Positions 1-10,315 are shown, counted from the stretch's first letter. The stretch: 64,000 bases of DNA from an uncultured Mariniphaga sp. (GCA_964398855.1 CAYNOQ010000002.1:170-64169); one strand, 5' to 3'. The notes: a model not told the origin generated them from the sequence alone. Translations and numbers: made by a program.

Positions 1-1215
1 CAAGCGTGGTGATAAACACGGACATGGTGAATCCGATGGAAGCCAGCAGTCCTAATCCCAGCAGGTTTTTTGTGTTCATTCCTTTGGGGAAAGGTGCAAC
101 TTTCAGTTTTACCATTAACAGCGTACTTCCAACCACACCAATCACTTTTCCGGCTAAAAGTCCGAAGAAAACGCCGAAAGCAATATTTGTGCTGAACAGT
201 TGTTCAGGATCGACGTTGACTGAAACCCCTGCATTTGCCAGAGCAAAAATCGGCAGCACAACAAAAGTTACAAAAGGGTGCATTGCATATTCGAGGCGCT
301 GCAATGGCGGAATTATCTTATTGGTATCCTTTTTCACATATTCCAGAATATGTAGTTGCTCGTTGGTGAGTGTCGGGAACTTGTCGTTGGGATCAATGGC
401 TATGAATTTCTTGAGATAATTTTTGATTTTTGTTGTGTAAATATTTTCATTGATTTCCATGTCGGCAGGAATGGTGAATGCAGCCAGCACCGAAGCAATG
501 GTGGCATGAACACCGGAGAGCAGGAAAGCCGTCCACACTCCGCCGATTCCAAGAATTGCAAAAAACAGAATGTTTCTTACCCCGACTTTATTGGCAATGT
601 ACATCACCAGTACAAACCCTAATCCGATGAGAAGGCTGTAAACCGAAATATCCGAAGTATAGAAAAATGCAATTACAATAACAGCACCCAGGTCATCTAC
701 GATTGCCAAAGCTGCCAAAAAAACTTTCAGCGATGCAGGAACCCTTTCTCCCAACAGGTATAAAACACCCAAAGCAAAAGCGATGTCGGTTGCCATCGGA
801 ATTCCCCAGCCGCTGTGGGGTGCACCGGTCGGATTGAAAATAAGGTATATTGTTGCAGGAACTGCCATCCCGCCGATGGCGGCAACAATAGGCAGCATTG
901 CTTTTCGCGGACTGGAAAGCTCGCCGGCAACAAATTCTCTCTTTAGCTCAAGACCAATCACAAAAAAGAAAATAGCCATCAAGCCATCATTTATCCATTG
1001 TAAAATACTGTGTTCCAGATAGCCTTTCCCGTCAAACTGAAAACCAAGCTTGTGTTCAAGAAAGTGATTGTAGTATTGCGACAAGGGTGAATTTGCCAGA
1101 ATCAACGCAAAAATTACGCTCACGCCAAGAACTATTCCGCCCGATTTTTCCAGCTGAATAAATTTCCTGAAAGGTTGTGTGAATTTGTCAATGGTATAAT
1201 TTTTTTGCTCTTTCA
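1..1215 (-). CDS. nhaA: Na+/H+ antiporter NhaA (C-terminal end runs off the window start)
   Basis: Absent from the ORF track because no stop lies in the window. My reverse translation from the ATG (complement of 1213-1215) gives MKEQKNYTIDKFTQPFRKFIQLEKSGGIVLGVSVIFALILANS...QWINDGLMAIFFFVIGLELKREFVAGELS. This carries the NhaA signature WINDGLMxxFFFxxGLExKRE. The frame stays open to position 1. Confidence 0.85.
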
Positions 1216-1350
1216 TATTTCTGTTTTTTGTTTTGAAAATGCAATAATAATCTTTTTTTAATAGAATTTACTTAACCCAGCCTATAAGCAAGCATGAATG
1301 TGAACTCTGATTAACAGAGTCTTCGTATTGCTCAAACTTGTCATTAGCAT

Positions 1351-1392
1351 AAAAAGCAGGGCAGAAACAGCCTTTGGCTGTTTCTGCCCTGC
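1351..1392 (-). terminator. Rho-independent terminator downstream of the tamB-like gene
   Basis: Perfect 17-bp stem: gcagggcagaaacagcc (1356-1372) pairs with ggctgtttctgccctgc (1376-1392), loop ttt. On the minus strand it is followed by a T-run (complement of aaaaa at 1351-1355). Confidence 0.75.
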
Positions 1393-1557
1393 ACTCTTTC
1401 AAATGCTATTTTTATTCTGCCTTTTGTTAATTGTTTTCTAAAATTGCACCAATGGCAATTGTGCCAAAATGGGAGTGCCAAGTTAATTATTCTGATATTC
1501 TGGAATAGAGTTTATTGAGTATATGTTCGTCTGATTTTGATGAGAACTCCACTTTTG

Positions 1558-4500
1558 TCAATCTTCTCTTCGGCTGAAAATTGCTTTAATTTTATCAAAC
1601 AGGTCGTCAATGGTATTGTACTCTTCGGTAAACGAAAAACCGACTCCCTGAGTGTATGGCGAAGTTTCATAAATCAGATTATTGTTGGAGCGGTTGTAAG
1701 CTTTCAGGCGAAGTTTTCCGTTGGGTGTGAGTTTAACATTGATGTCAAAGTCACCCACCAGCTGGCTGTTGTTGTTGGAGTTGGGATTGTTGTTGTTCCC
1801 GATGTTTCCGTTGATGGTAACCCGGTCGTTGAACATTTGCGTGCTCAGCGCCAATTCAATTTCATTGTTTGTAATCTGGCTACCCGGGCGGTAGTTCAGT
1901 CCGATATCCAGATTGCTGTTAATTTGTGAAAGCCAGTTGCTGAGCTGGTTGGAGAGCAGCTCACTGGCAGTTGTCCCGATAAGATTGGGGTTTTGTGCCT
2001 CATAAGTTCCCCGCAAATATTCCGGCGTATAAAATTTCCCTAAGACCACGAGCGACAAAATTTGCTTGTTCATCTCTTCTGGCGTGTTAAAAAACTGTTT
2101 CACTTCTTCCACTAACCGGTCTTCTACCGAAGGAAAATCAATGGCAAAATTGATGCTTGGATTGGAAAGCTCTTCGGTTAAAATAATTTTACACTCAACC
2201 GGAATCCGCTGATGCTGATACACATTTTCATAGGTATTCACTAACAAATCGTAGAGCGAAGCTTTTAGTTTGTAAACCGCCTTAATGTTGATGTCGGCAT
2301 TATACGGATTTTCCGACCAGGTGATAGTTCCGCCCTGTTCAATTGTAAAGCGTTTATTGATAACATTTTGTAGGGTGAACAGGTAGTCGCCTTTTTCTAC
2401 GGAATAAGTTCCGGAAAGCGTAATATCGCCGTCGTTGTTTATGCCAAATCTTAAAATTCCCTCTCCCTGCGCACGAATGACATCGCCGATATAGGAGTTG
2501 TAAATCAGCTGCACTTTTGCTTCGGGAGTGGCAGTGATGGTCAGGTCCATCGTGAAAGCGCCATCATCACGGCGCGGAAACAGAAACTGCTGACGCACCG
2601 TGTCTTCGGTGGAAACAAACTGAATAAAATCGTACCGCTCCAGTTCGCTTTCATCTTCAAGTGAGATGTTGACATTTGTTCCGGCAAGCGTGGTTCCCGA
2701 ACCGGAAAGCCTCACACGGTTGCCCGATCCGGTAATATTTATTCTGCCATTGGTGATAACCTGTCCGTAAAACTGCGGATTATCGCGTGGCGTTGTGTTT
2801 ATGGCTACAATTCGCGGCGTTGTAACCGAAAGGTTATACCTCATTTGTGAAAAGTTCTTGTGCACGATGGCGCCGCCAAATGTTCCCTTGTTTCCTGCAA
2901 AGTCGGTAATGGAAATATTTTTGAACAGAATGCTGTCGCCACGGAAGTATATCGAATCGCTGAAATTGTAACTCACCTGCGTAAAATCAATGGTTAGCCC
3001 GGCATTTAGCGCTTCAACTGCACCGGTAATCTGAATATTATCGGGTGTACCGTGAATTTTCACCCTGCCTGTTCCATCACCGTGAAAGTTGGAAAAAGTG
3101 TTGCGGATAACTGTCTCCAAAACCACTAATGAAAGATGGTCGGCATTGACATCGTATGAAATTTCGCGGGTTTCAGGATTGTAGCTGCCGCTTGCACGAA
3201 GGCTCTGCCTTTCGTTTTTTTCGATTTTCAAATCTGAATTCAGCAGCCGTTTTTCGGGCTCCCAAATGTTAAAAACAGACATGTTTCCAATTTCATGCTC
3301 CCTGAAAACGAGGTCATCAACTTTTAGATTGGAGAGAAGCAGCCGCTGACCATAATAATCATTCAGCTGAACCAAACCGTTGAGCGTTCCCGTGAGCGGC
3401 AGATCCGTTTCAAGAAAAGCTTCAATATTGCTCAGTTTAATATTGTCAAAAAGAGCTAAAATCGTACTTGAATCGTTTTCTGCAATCATTCCGTCCAAAA
3501 TAATCTGCTGATTGCTGCTGTGAATTTTCAGGTTGCTCACCTTCACGCATGAGCTGTCAATCCCGGCGGTAAACGGGTTGATTCTCCAGGTGGAATCCCC
3601 AATGGAAATATGCGAATCCGCCCCTTCAATATCAAAATGAAGATGTGGGGAATTCCTTGTTTGACTGAGAGTTGCCCTGCCTAAAATTTCACCGCTGTAT
3701 TTGTCTTTCTCATCTTTTCCCCACACAATCTGATTGGAAATGGTGTTGTTGGCAATTTTGGAGTCGATGGTCAGGTTATTCAGCGCAATGCCGTTTTTTA
3801 GCAGAATTTCGCCAAACATGAAGCGGGAAACATAGATGTTTTCATGGGGATTGTTCCCGATGAAAATATTCCGTATCATCATTTTTTCTGAACGGATTGC
3901 CGGAATACTGCCTTTCAGTTCAAACACGGAATTGTCTGAATCCATCTGCCCGTATAGTAAAAAAGGAGTCTCAATCTTAATTTCGGGAATGAAGGCAGCG
4001 GTAACGCTGTCTAAGTTTTTCACATTTATCTGATAGCCAAACTTGTTGTCCATCGCTTGTTTGGAAGCTTTGAATCCGATTGCCGGAAGGTAATGCTGCA
4101 TACTTTTTCCCAAAGCATCCATGATGTTCTGAACATGAAAATGTCCGTTAATTTCCACATCCACCATGGGAGAGCTGAATGTGAGATAATCGTTCAGCCC
4201 GCTGGAAATGGATTTCAGCTGTATTCCCGACAGGTCAATTTCGCCGTTTTGGTTTTTGTAAGCACCACTTTGCACAATAATGGAACCAATGAGATTGTCA
4301 ATGCGATTCCCCGAAAAATTTGCATCCATCAGAAACGAGAGCTGTGCATCGGGATATTTATTGCTGAAATTCAGGCTGTCAAGCTGTGCTTTTTGCAGAT
4401 CGAGCCGGAAATCAAAAACGGGCAGTTCGGGATTGAAATTCACTTTTCCCAAAAAGTCGAACTGCAGATTGGAATCGTTCATAACAGCCATTCCGTCAAA

Positions 4501-5916
4501 CATTTTGTTGTCGAGAATTCCGTCGAGCCTGATATTTTTGTAGAGATAGTTATTTATCTCAACATGGGAAATGTCTCCGGTAAATTTTCCGGTGGCTGCG
4601 TGGGTTGCCAGCGTGTATCTTCCATCCACACTGCCATTGAAGGTGATGTCGCCGATGCTGTTGCTTTTAATCAGCTCTCCAAGTTTGAAATTTTCGGTGG
4701 CAATTTTTCCCCGGTAGGTGATTCGCTTTCTGTTGCCTGGCAGCACCGACAGGTCGGTGGTGATTCTTCCCATTTCGCTGGAAAGTGTGCCGTAGGTTAC
4801 AAAGTCGGTCAAAAATCCGGTGAAATTTCCGCGATAGGAGACCAGTCCCGCCTGATAAAGCTCATCAGGAAATTTAAGATACCTGTTTTTTCCGCCTTCC
4901 GGAAGTTTTATCCGGCTCAGCTCATTAAAAGAAGCCTGCGCTTTTTTCAAATCGAAGAAAAGATACATGGTTTCCGTGTTGGAAATATCGTTTGCCGAAA
5001 AATCGAGCGAAGCAAAAGTATTCCTACCAATTAAAAGTTCAATATCTTTTCCTCTCACATTGCCGGAGTTGCCGCTTATCCGCCCCGAGCAGTCGATGGT
5101 GTGATCCATTCCTTTGAGCGATGGAACAAACAGGGCGATGTCGGAAAAGCTGATTTGGGAGTGCAAAAACTCAAGATCAAACTGAACCGATTCGATAAAG
5201 TCTTCTCCGGCAGCAGGCAATTCAATGCTGAAGTTGCTTTCGGTTATCTGGGAAAAACCGGTGGTCAGGTTGAAATTATCCAATGTGATTTTATTGCCCG
5301 ACATGGCTGCCAGCACATTAAATTCCTGAATAATAAACTGTTTGCCGTCATTCAGCGTCAGTTGGTCAATCTGCAAAGTTGCCGAATCGTTTTTCAGGTA
5401 AAAACCGGACGATTGAAGCTGAATGTCAGCTATGTTGAAAATAAACGGCTCAGTTTCAGTAAAATCGGCAAAAGAAAAGCCGGCATCGGTGAATACAAAA
5501 TTGCGGCAGCTGTAGCTCCAGTCGCCCGGCTCTTTCTCCTCTTTTTTCAGCGCATTGAAAATGAAATCGAAATTATATACATTGGAAGAATCGCGGCAGG
5601 CATTGAGTTTTGTATTTTTAAATTCCAGTTTGCCCAGAGAAATCCGGTGTTTTTTGAATTTCAGTGAATCAATGGTCGCGGAGATTGATTTTGCAAAAAT
5701 CAGGGTGTCAGCCTGTTGGTCTTCCACAAGAACATCTTTCAGTATGACTTTTTTGAAAAAGGCGACATCAATCTTGCCAATGGAAATCTGAGCACCAATT
5801 TTTTCAGAGAGATATTTTGCTGCAATCTGCGTCAGATAGGTCTGAACTTTGCTGCTTTGCAGCGCAAAATAGGAGCCTCCTGTCAGACAAATAATGACAG
5901 CTGCAACAATGAGCAA
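1558..5916 (-). CDS. tamB: TamB-like translocation and assembly module protein (giant inner-membrane-anchored, beta-rich)
   Basis: 1452-aa ORF with an N-terminal hydrophobic anchor (LIVAAVIICLTGG) and a very long repetitive beta-rich body. The C-terminal region (..LNYRPGSQITNNEIELALSTQMFNDRVTINGNIG..LRLKAYNRSNNNLIYE) is typical of the TamB/DUF490 end. It is divergent from tsaD. The listed start is TTG (see finding on start codon). Confidence 0.75.
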   Translation of the reverse strand: MLIVAAVIICLTGGSYFALQSSKVQTYLTQIAAKYLSEKIGAQISIGKIDVAFFKKVILKDVLVEDQQADTLIFAKSISATIDSLKFKKHRISLGKLEFKNTKLNACRDSSNVYNFDFIFNALKKEEKEPGDWSYSCRNFVFTDAGFSFADFTETEPFIFNIADIQLQSSGFYLKNDSATLQIDQLTLNDGKQFIIQEFNVLAAMSGNKITLDNFNLTTGFSQITESNFSIELPAAGEDFIESVQFDLEFLHSQISFSDIALFVPSLKGMDHTIDCSGRISGNSGNVRGKDIELLIGRNTFASLDFSANDISNTETMYLFFDLKKAQASFNELSRIKLPEGGKNRYLKFPDELYQAGLVSYRGNFTGFLTDFVTYGTLSSEMGRITTDLSVLPGNRKRITYRGKIATENFKLGELIKSNSIGDITFNGSVDGRYTLATHAATGKFTGDISHVEINNYLYKNIRLDGILDNKMFDGMAVMNDSNLQFDFLGKVNFNPELPVFDFRLDLQKAQLDSLNFSNKYPDAQLSFLMDANFSGNRIDNLIGSIIVQSGAYKNQNGEIDLSGIQLKSISSGLNDYLTFSSPMVDVEINGHFHVQNIMDALGKSMQHYLPAIGFKASKQAMDNKFGYQINVKNLDSVTAAFIPEIKIETPFLLYGQMDSDNSVFELKGSIPAIRSEKMMIRNIFIGNNPHENIYVSRFMFGEILLKNGIALNNLTIDSKIANNTISNQIVWGKDEKDKYSGEILGRATLSQTRNSPHLHFDIEGADSHISIGDSTWRINPFTAGIDSSCVKVSNLKIHSSNQQIILDGMIAENDSSTILALFDNIKLSNIEAFLETDLPLTGTLNGLVQLNDYYGQRLLLSNLKVDDLVFREHEIGNMSVFNIWEPEKRLLNSDLKIEKNERQSLRASGSYNPETREISYDVNADHLSLVVLETVIRNTFSNFHGDGTGRVKIHGTPDNIQITGAVEALNAGLTIDFTQVSYNFSDSIYFRGDSILFKNISITDFAGNKGTFGGAIVHKNFSQMRYNLSVTTPRIVAINTTPRDNPQFYGQVITNGRINITGSGNRVRLSGSGTTLAGTNVNISLEDESELERYDFIQFVSTEDTVRQQFLFPRRDDGAFTMDLTITATPEAKVQLIYNSYIGDVIRAQGEGILRFGINNDGDITLSGTYSVEKGDYLFTLQNVINKRFTIEQGGTITWSENPYNADINIKAVYKLKASLYDLLVNTYENVYQHQRIPVECKIILTEELSNPSINFAIDFPSVEDRLVEEVKQFFNTPEEMNKQILSLVVLGKFYTPEYLRGTYEAQNPNLIGTTASELLSNQLSNWLSQINSNLDIGLNYRPGSQITNNEIELALSTQMFNDRVTINGNIGNNNNPNSNNNSQLVGDFDINVKLTPNGKLRLKAYNRSNNNLIYETSPYTQGVGFSFTEEYNTIDDLFDKIKAIFSRRED

Positions 5917-6054
5917 TATTTTCCAGCTATTTTTAATAATTTTGCTTTTTATAATTTATGCGCTACAAAACTTTTCCCGACATCAAATCTGCCGGCTTCT
6001 GAGCGGACAACATTTAAAACTTCTGCAAGGATAAACATAAAATCAGGTAAAAAA

Positions 6055-7122
6055 ATGTACAGAACAAAAATAGGTGAAGTTGACTTAACTGACAAAAAAA
6101 ATGCCACGGTTACTGTTTTGGGAATAGAATCTTCCTGCGACGACACTTCTGCGGCAGTGATTCGCGATGGAGTGATTTTGTCCAATGTGATTGCCGGACA
6201 AAAAGTGCATGAAGAGTACGGCGGAGTTGTGCCGGAATTGGCTTCGCGCGCGCATCAGCAAAATATTGTGCCGGTTGTTGACCGTGCCATTGTACGCGCC
6301 GGAATTTCCAAAGATGAAATTTCTGCGGTGGCATTTACCCGCGGACCGGGATTATTGGGCTCCCTTCTGGTGGGAACTTCCTTTGCCAAAGGCTTTTCAT
6401 TGGCTGCCGGCATTCCGCTCATTGATGTAAATCACCTTCAGGGACACGTGCTGGCACTTTTTATCCGTGAGCGGGAAGGCGCACATAATCCGCCAAGTTT
6501 TCCGTTTTTATGCCTCCTTGTTTCCGGCGGAAACTCACAAATTATTTTGGTGCGTGACTATTTGGATATGGAAGTGATCGGGCAGACTATTGATGATGCC
6601 GCCGGCGAAGCATTCGATAAATGTGCAAAAGTGATGGGGTTGCCCTATCCGGGCGGTCCTCACATTGACCGGCTGGCACAAAGCGGAAATCCGGAGCGGT
6701 TCACATTCTCCAAGCCTAAAGTTGAAGGACTTGATTACAGCTTCAGCGGACTGAAAACCAGCTTTCTCTACTTCTTGCGTGACAATCTGAAAGAGAACGA
6801 AAATTTTATCCGGGAAAACCTAAACGACCTGTCCGCTTCGTTGCAATATACCATTATTGAAATTTTGCTGAACAAATTAAAGAAAGCAGCCAAACAGACC
6901 GGAATCAGAGAAATTGCGCTTGCCGGCGGTGTTTCCGCCAATTCCGGGTTGCAGAATACTTTGAGAGAACATGCCCGAAAACAGAAATGGAAACTGTACA
7001 TTCCGAAATTCGAATACACGATGGATAACGCTGCAATGATTGCAATTACCGGCTATTATAAATTCCTGAAAAATGAGTTTGCCGAACAGGAGGTAGTGCC
7101 TTTTGCACGGACAGAACTTTGA
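6055..7122 (+). CDS. tsaD: tRNA N6-adenosine threonylcarbamoyltransferase TsaD (Kae1/Gcp family)
   Basis: ORF 5716..7122 trimmed to ATG 6055, because the upstream part overlaps the divergent tamB-like gene. Motifs VLGIESSCDDTSAAV, HLQGHVLA, LLVSGGNSQ and AGGVSANSGL. Confidence 0.9.
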   Translation: MYRTKIGEVDLTDKKNATVTVLGIESSCDDTSAAVIRDGVILSNVIAGQKVHEEYGGVVPELASRAHQQNIVPVVDRAIVRAGISKDEISAVAFTRGPGLLGSLLVGTSFAKGFSLAAGIPLIDVNHLQGHVLALFIREREGAHNPPSFPFLCLLVSGGNSQIILVRDYLDMEVIGQTIDDAAGEAFDKCAKVMGLPYPGGPHIDRLAQSGNPERFTFSKPKVEGLDYSFSGLKTSFLYFLRDNLKENENFIRENLNDLSASLQYTIIEILLNKLKKAAKQTGIREIALAGGVSANSGLQNTLREHARKQKWKLYIPKFEYTMDNAAMIAITGYYKFLKNEFAEQEVVPFARTEL

Positions 7123-7264
7123 GTGTCTTATTCAAAAACGTGTAGAATATTATGCTAAAACAGGTTTGTTTTTTTAGCTATATTTGCAATGTTAGTAAAA
7201 GCAGCTCCCAAAAAAAAATGAATTGACCGGATTTCAGTAACTGGAAATTTTTAAAAACTATATA

Positions 7265-9103
7265 ATGAAAACCAATCTGTTAACACTCCTTGCTTATGTA
7301 CTGCTGTGGCTCTTTGCTGGGTGTAATACCAGTATTTATGTATCGCCTGAAGGGAGCGATTCCAATTTTGGATCGCGCCGAAAACCGTTAGCCACGATTC
7401 AAAAAGCAATTGAAGCAGCAGAAACTTCATTCGGGAAAAAATCTCAAAAAGATTGTCATATCTGGCTTGCCGGCGGAACCTATTTTATTGACAAACCAAT
7501 TGAAATAAATTCTGAAAATCTAACAAATTCAACCGGAAAATTAATTTTCAAAGCAATGCCGGGAGCAGAACCTGAAATTTCCGGCGGTGTGAAAATTGAA
7601 AATTGGCAAAGTTATGAAGATGGTTTGTGGACTGCAGAACTACCCAAGCTTTTTGATAAAGAACATCCTTCCCGTGAGTTGTTTACAGGAACCCGGCGGG
7701 CGGTGAGGGCAAGATTCCCGAACGACGGCTTTCTGCGTATTAAAAAGAGTGGTGAAGACCGCCGAACCAATTTTTATTTTGAAACCGATGATTTTCCGAA
7801 AATGGAGAATACAGAAAACATAGAATTGGTTTTTCTGCACGACTGGTCAATTTCAAGAATTGGAATAAAAGATATTGATTACGAGCAAAACAGACTCACG
7901 GCGATAGATACTATCGGCACCAAAGGACTTGCTTTTTTTAATATTGACGGATGGGAACCCAATCCGCGCTATTTTCTGGAAAACGTAATGGAGTTTTTAG
8001 ATGCAGATTATGAATGGTTCATCAACCCGGAGCAAAGAACTGTTTTTTTGAAACTGCCTGCACAGCTTAATCCTGAAAATTTGGAAATCATCATTCCATT
8101 ATCAAATGGATTGATGCAACTATCCGGTTCAGAAGAAAAACCGTTGAAAAACATTCATTTTGAAGGTATTGCCTTCAGACATTCAGCCTGGGATATTCCG
8201 CAAAAAGGTTATTGTGGCATACAAGCCAGTCATTTTGATCCGCGCCCGGAGTATGGCGAATGGAACGTGGTGCCGCCGGCTGTTATGGGAAAATGGCTGA
8301 AAGATTGCACATTTAGAAATTGTGTTTTTGAAAATCTTGGCGGAAGTGGTCTCTGGTTAGCTGACGGTTGCCGAAATTGCATTGTTTCCGGCTCCCGCTT
8401 TGAAGACATTTCCGGAAACGGCATAATGATTGGCGAAGGGAGAGACCGGTTGGTGAATGGTGAAGAGTGGTGGAAATCGGCACCAGGGCAGGTTGCTTCG
8501 GAAAATGTTATTGAGCATTGCACAATAACGGCATGTGGAAAACAGTTTTATGGCGCTGTTGGTGTTTGGTGCGGGTTCACAGCCGGGACCAAAATCAGGG
8601 AAAATGAGATTTTTAATCTGCCCTATACTGGAATTTCCATTGGTTGGATGTGGAATCCAACCTCGACGCCATGTCGTGAAAATACAATTGACGGTAATCA
8701 CATTCATCACATTATGCAGAAGCTCAGCGATGGCGGCGGAGTGTATATGCTTGGACTACAGCCCGGAAGTGAAATTGTCAATAATCTGATTCACGATGTC
8801 AGCCTGAATGCGGGCAGGGCGGAAAGTAACGGAATGTTTCTCGATGAAGGAACAACCGATGTGGTTGTGGCTAACAATATCATCTATAATATTGCCAAAT
8901 CACCGCTCCGTTTTCATCAGGCAACGACCAATCTGGTGAAAGAAAACTACCTTTTTTGTAAGGAAAATACACTTCCCATCCAGTACAATGCCACTAAGGC
9001 AGAAGATATTCAAAAAGTTGACAATCACATTTTTTATGATTCACAACCGGAATTTAAAGAGAAACTAGAAAAGGTTGTTTCCGACTGGAAATCAATCCAC
9101 TGA
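7265..9103 (+). CDS. Exported right-handed parallel beta-helix protein (pectate-lyase-fold glycan-active enzyme, family unresolved), lipoprotein
   Basis: Lipobox MKTNLLTLLAYVLLWLFAGC. N-terminus IYVSPEGSDSNFGSRRKPLATIQKAIEAA..GGTYFI plus ARFPNDGF. Beta-helix turn motifs include ISGNGIMIGEG, NLIHDVSLNAGRAESNGMFLDEG and NNIIYNI. The N-terminal third is paralogous to 16059..19031. Confidence 0.65.
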   Translation: MKTNLLTLLAYVLLWLFAGCNTSIYVSPEGSDSNFGSRRKPLATIQKAIEAAETSFGKKSQKDCHIWLAGGTYFIDKPIEINSENLTNSTGKLIFKAMPGAEPEISGGVKIENWQSYEDGLWTAELPKLFDKEHPSRELFTGTRRAVRARFPNDGFLRIKKSGEDRRTNFYFETDDFPKMENTENIELVFLHDWSISRIGIKDIDYEQNRLTAIDTIGTKGLAFFNIDGWEPNPRYFLENVMEFLDADYEWFINPEQRTVFLKLPAQLNPENLEIIIPLSNGLMQLSGSEEKPLKNIHFEGIAFRHSAWDIPQKGYCGIQASHFDPRPEYGEWNVVPPAVMGKWLKDCTFRNCVFENLGGSGLWLADGCRNCIVSGSRFEDISGNGIMIGEGRDRLVNGEEWWKSAPGQVASENVIEHCTITACGKQFYGAVGVWCGFTAGTKIRENEIFNLPYTGISIGWMWNPTSTPCRENTIDGNHIHHIMQKLSDGGGVYMLGLQPGSEIVNNLIHDVSLNAGRAESNGMFLDEGTTDVVVANNIIYNIAKSPLRFHQATTNLVKENYLFCKENTLPIQYNATKAEDIQKVDNHIFYDSQPEFKEKLEKVVSDWKSIH

Positions 9104-9174
9104 AATTGGCAAATTTTTTTTAAGAAACTTTATTTCACTCGATTTGTTTTTTTGATTGAGAAAAACATTCAGCG

Positions 9175-9711
9175 ATGAAAAAGATGATTTTGGTTTTGAG
9201 TATGATAACTGTTTCCGGCGGGCTTTCTGCCCAGAAGTCATTTTACGATTTTGTGGTGAAGGACATCGAAGGGAAGAGCTTCGACTTTTCAACCCTCAAA
9301 GGGAAGAAAGTGTTGATTGTCAACACAGCTTCAAAATGCGGATTTACTCCGCAATACGAGCAGTTGGAGCAGTTGTATGAAAAATATGGTGCAGATAAGT
9401 TTGTGATAATCGGTTTTCCTGCTAATAATTTCAAAAGTCAGGAACCCGGCACAAACGAAGAAATAGCACAGTTTTGTCAGATGAATTATGGCGTTTCGTT
9501 TCCCATGATGTCAAAAATTTCGGTGAAGGGCGATGATATGCATCCGCTGTATAAGTGGCTGACTTCTAAAGATGAAAATGGTATTTTGGATTCCGAAGTA
9601 GAGTGGAATTTTCAAAAATATCTTATTGATGCGAACGGAAAGCTTGTGGATATGGTGGAACCCAGGGTGAAACCGGATGATAAACGAATTGTGGACTGGG
9701 TAAAAGAGTAG
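9175..9711 (+). CDS. Glutathione peroxidase (Cys-type)
   Basis: Motifs NTASKCGFTPQYEQLEQLY, FPANNFKSQEPG and WNFQKYLI. The catalytic codon is TGC (Cys), not TGA. The N-terminus is signal-like. Confidence 0.9.
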   Translation: MKKMILVLSMITVSGGLSAQKSFYDFVVKDIEGKSFDFSTLKGKKVLIVNTASKCGFTPQYEQLEQLYEKYGADKFVIIGFPANNFKSQEPGTNEEIAQFCQMNYGVSFPMMSKISVKGDDMHPLYKWLTSKDENGILDSEVEWNFQKYLIDANGKLVDMVEPRVKPDDKRIVDWVKE

Positions 9712-9886
9712 TTTTTATCTGTTTATTCAAAATTTCGGCAAGTAAATAGGCGTCTGATTAATATCCTGATTTATAGTATTTTTCTTCTTCCAGAAAAACA
9801 ATATCCGTGATTTGTCCGGTTGAATTTATTTTTCCATGAAAATTTTTCTATTTTTGGTCTTGAAACAAAAACCGAAAATTGATAGC

Positions 9887-10237
9887 ATGGAAAGAGCTGA
9901 CGAAATGAGAGAAAAAAAGGAACCGGAATACGTCGCCCATGAGGGAATTTTCTCAAAAACAATCAGAGCAGGTAAGCGCACCTATTTTTTCGATGTGAAA
10001 AACACGCGAAATAATGAATATTACCTGACCATCACAGAGAGCAAACGAAAATTTATTGAACCCGGAAACTTCAGATATGAAAAGCACAAACTGTTTTTGT
10101 ATGGTGAAGATTTTGATAAATTTTCAGAGACACTTGAAGAGGTAATCCGGTACATCCGACAAAATCAACCGGAGATTTCCAAAGGGGAAGTGGAATTAAC
10201 CACAATTGAACCGGAAGATAAAGTACAGGAAGCCTGA
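9887..10237 (+). CDS. PUR-alpha-like nucleic-acid-binding protein (DUF3276 family)
   Basis: FSKTIRAGKRTYFFDVKNTRNNEYYLTITESKR followed by a second KHKLFLY..F repeat. I prefer ATG 9887 over ATG 9836, because the upstream 17 codons (MKIFLFLVLKQKPKIDS) look non-native. Confidence 0.6.
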   Translation: MERADEMREKKEPEYVAHEGIFSKTIRAGKRTYFFDVKNTRNNEYYLTITESKRKFIEPGNFRYEKHKLFLYGEDFDKFSETLEEVIRYIRQNQPEISKGEVELTTIEPEDKVQEA

Positions 10238-10292
10238 CAGAATATTGCTGATATTCATGGCTTTGTACTTGTTTGTTTTACCAATGTTCAAT

Positions 10293-10315
10293 AGCCCGAT
10301 AAGGTTCGGGTTTTT
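10293..10315 (+). terminator. Weak terminator-like hairpin after the PUR-like gene
   Basis: agcccga / tcgggtt, 7 bp including one G-U, loop taaggt, followed by ttt. Confidence 0.35.

Noticed and set aside
4057-5034. A 325-aa plus-strand ORF, along with other plus-strand ORFs between 1537 and 5791, inside the tamB-like gene.
   Set aside because: These ORFs are antisense to a 1452-aa gene with coherent TamB-like sequence. Their translations are low-complexity and Cys/His-rich with no motifs. They are typical shadow ORFs.
5716-6054. The N-terminal 113 codons of ORF 5716..7122.
   Set aside because: This part overlaps the divergent tamB-like coding start and has no TsaD similarity. TsaD homology begins just after ATG 6055.
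9280-9330. Possible selenocysteine in the glutathione peroxidase.
   Set aside because: The catalytic codon in NTASKCGFT is TGC (Cys), not an in-frame TGA.
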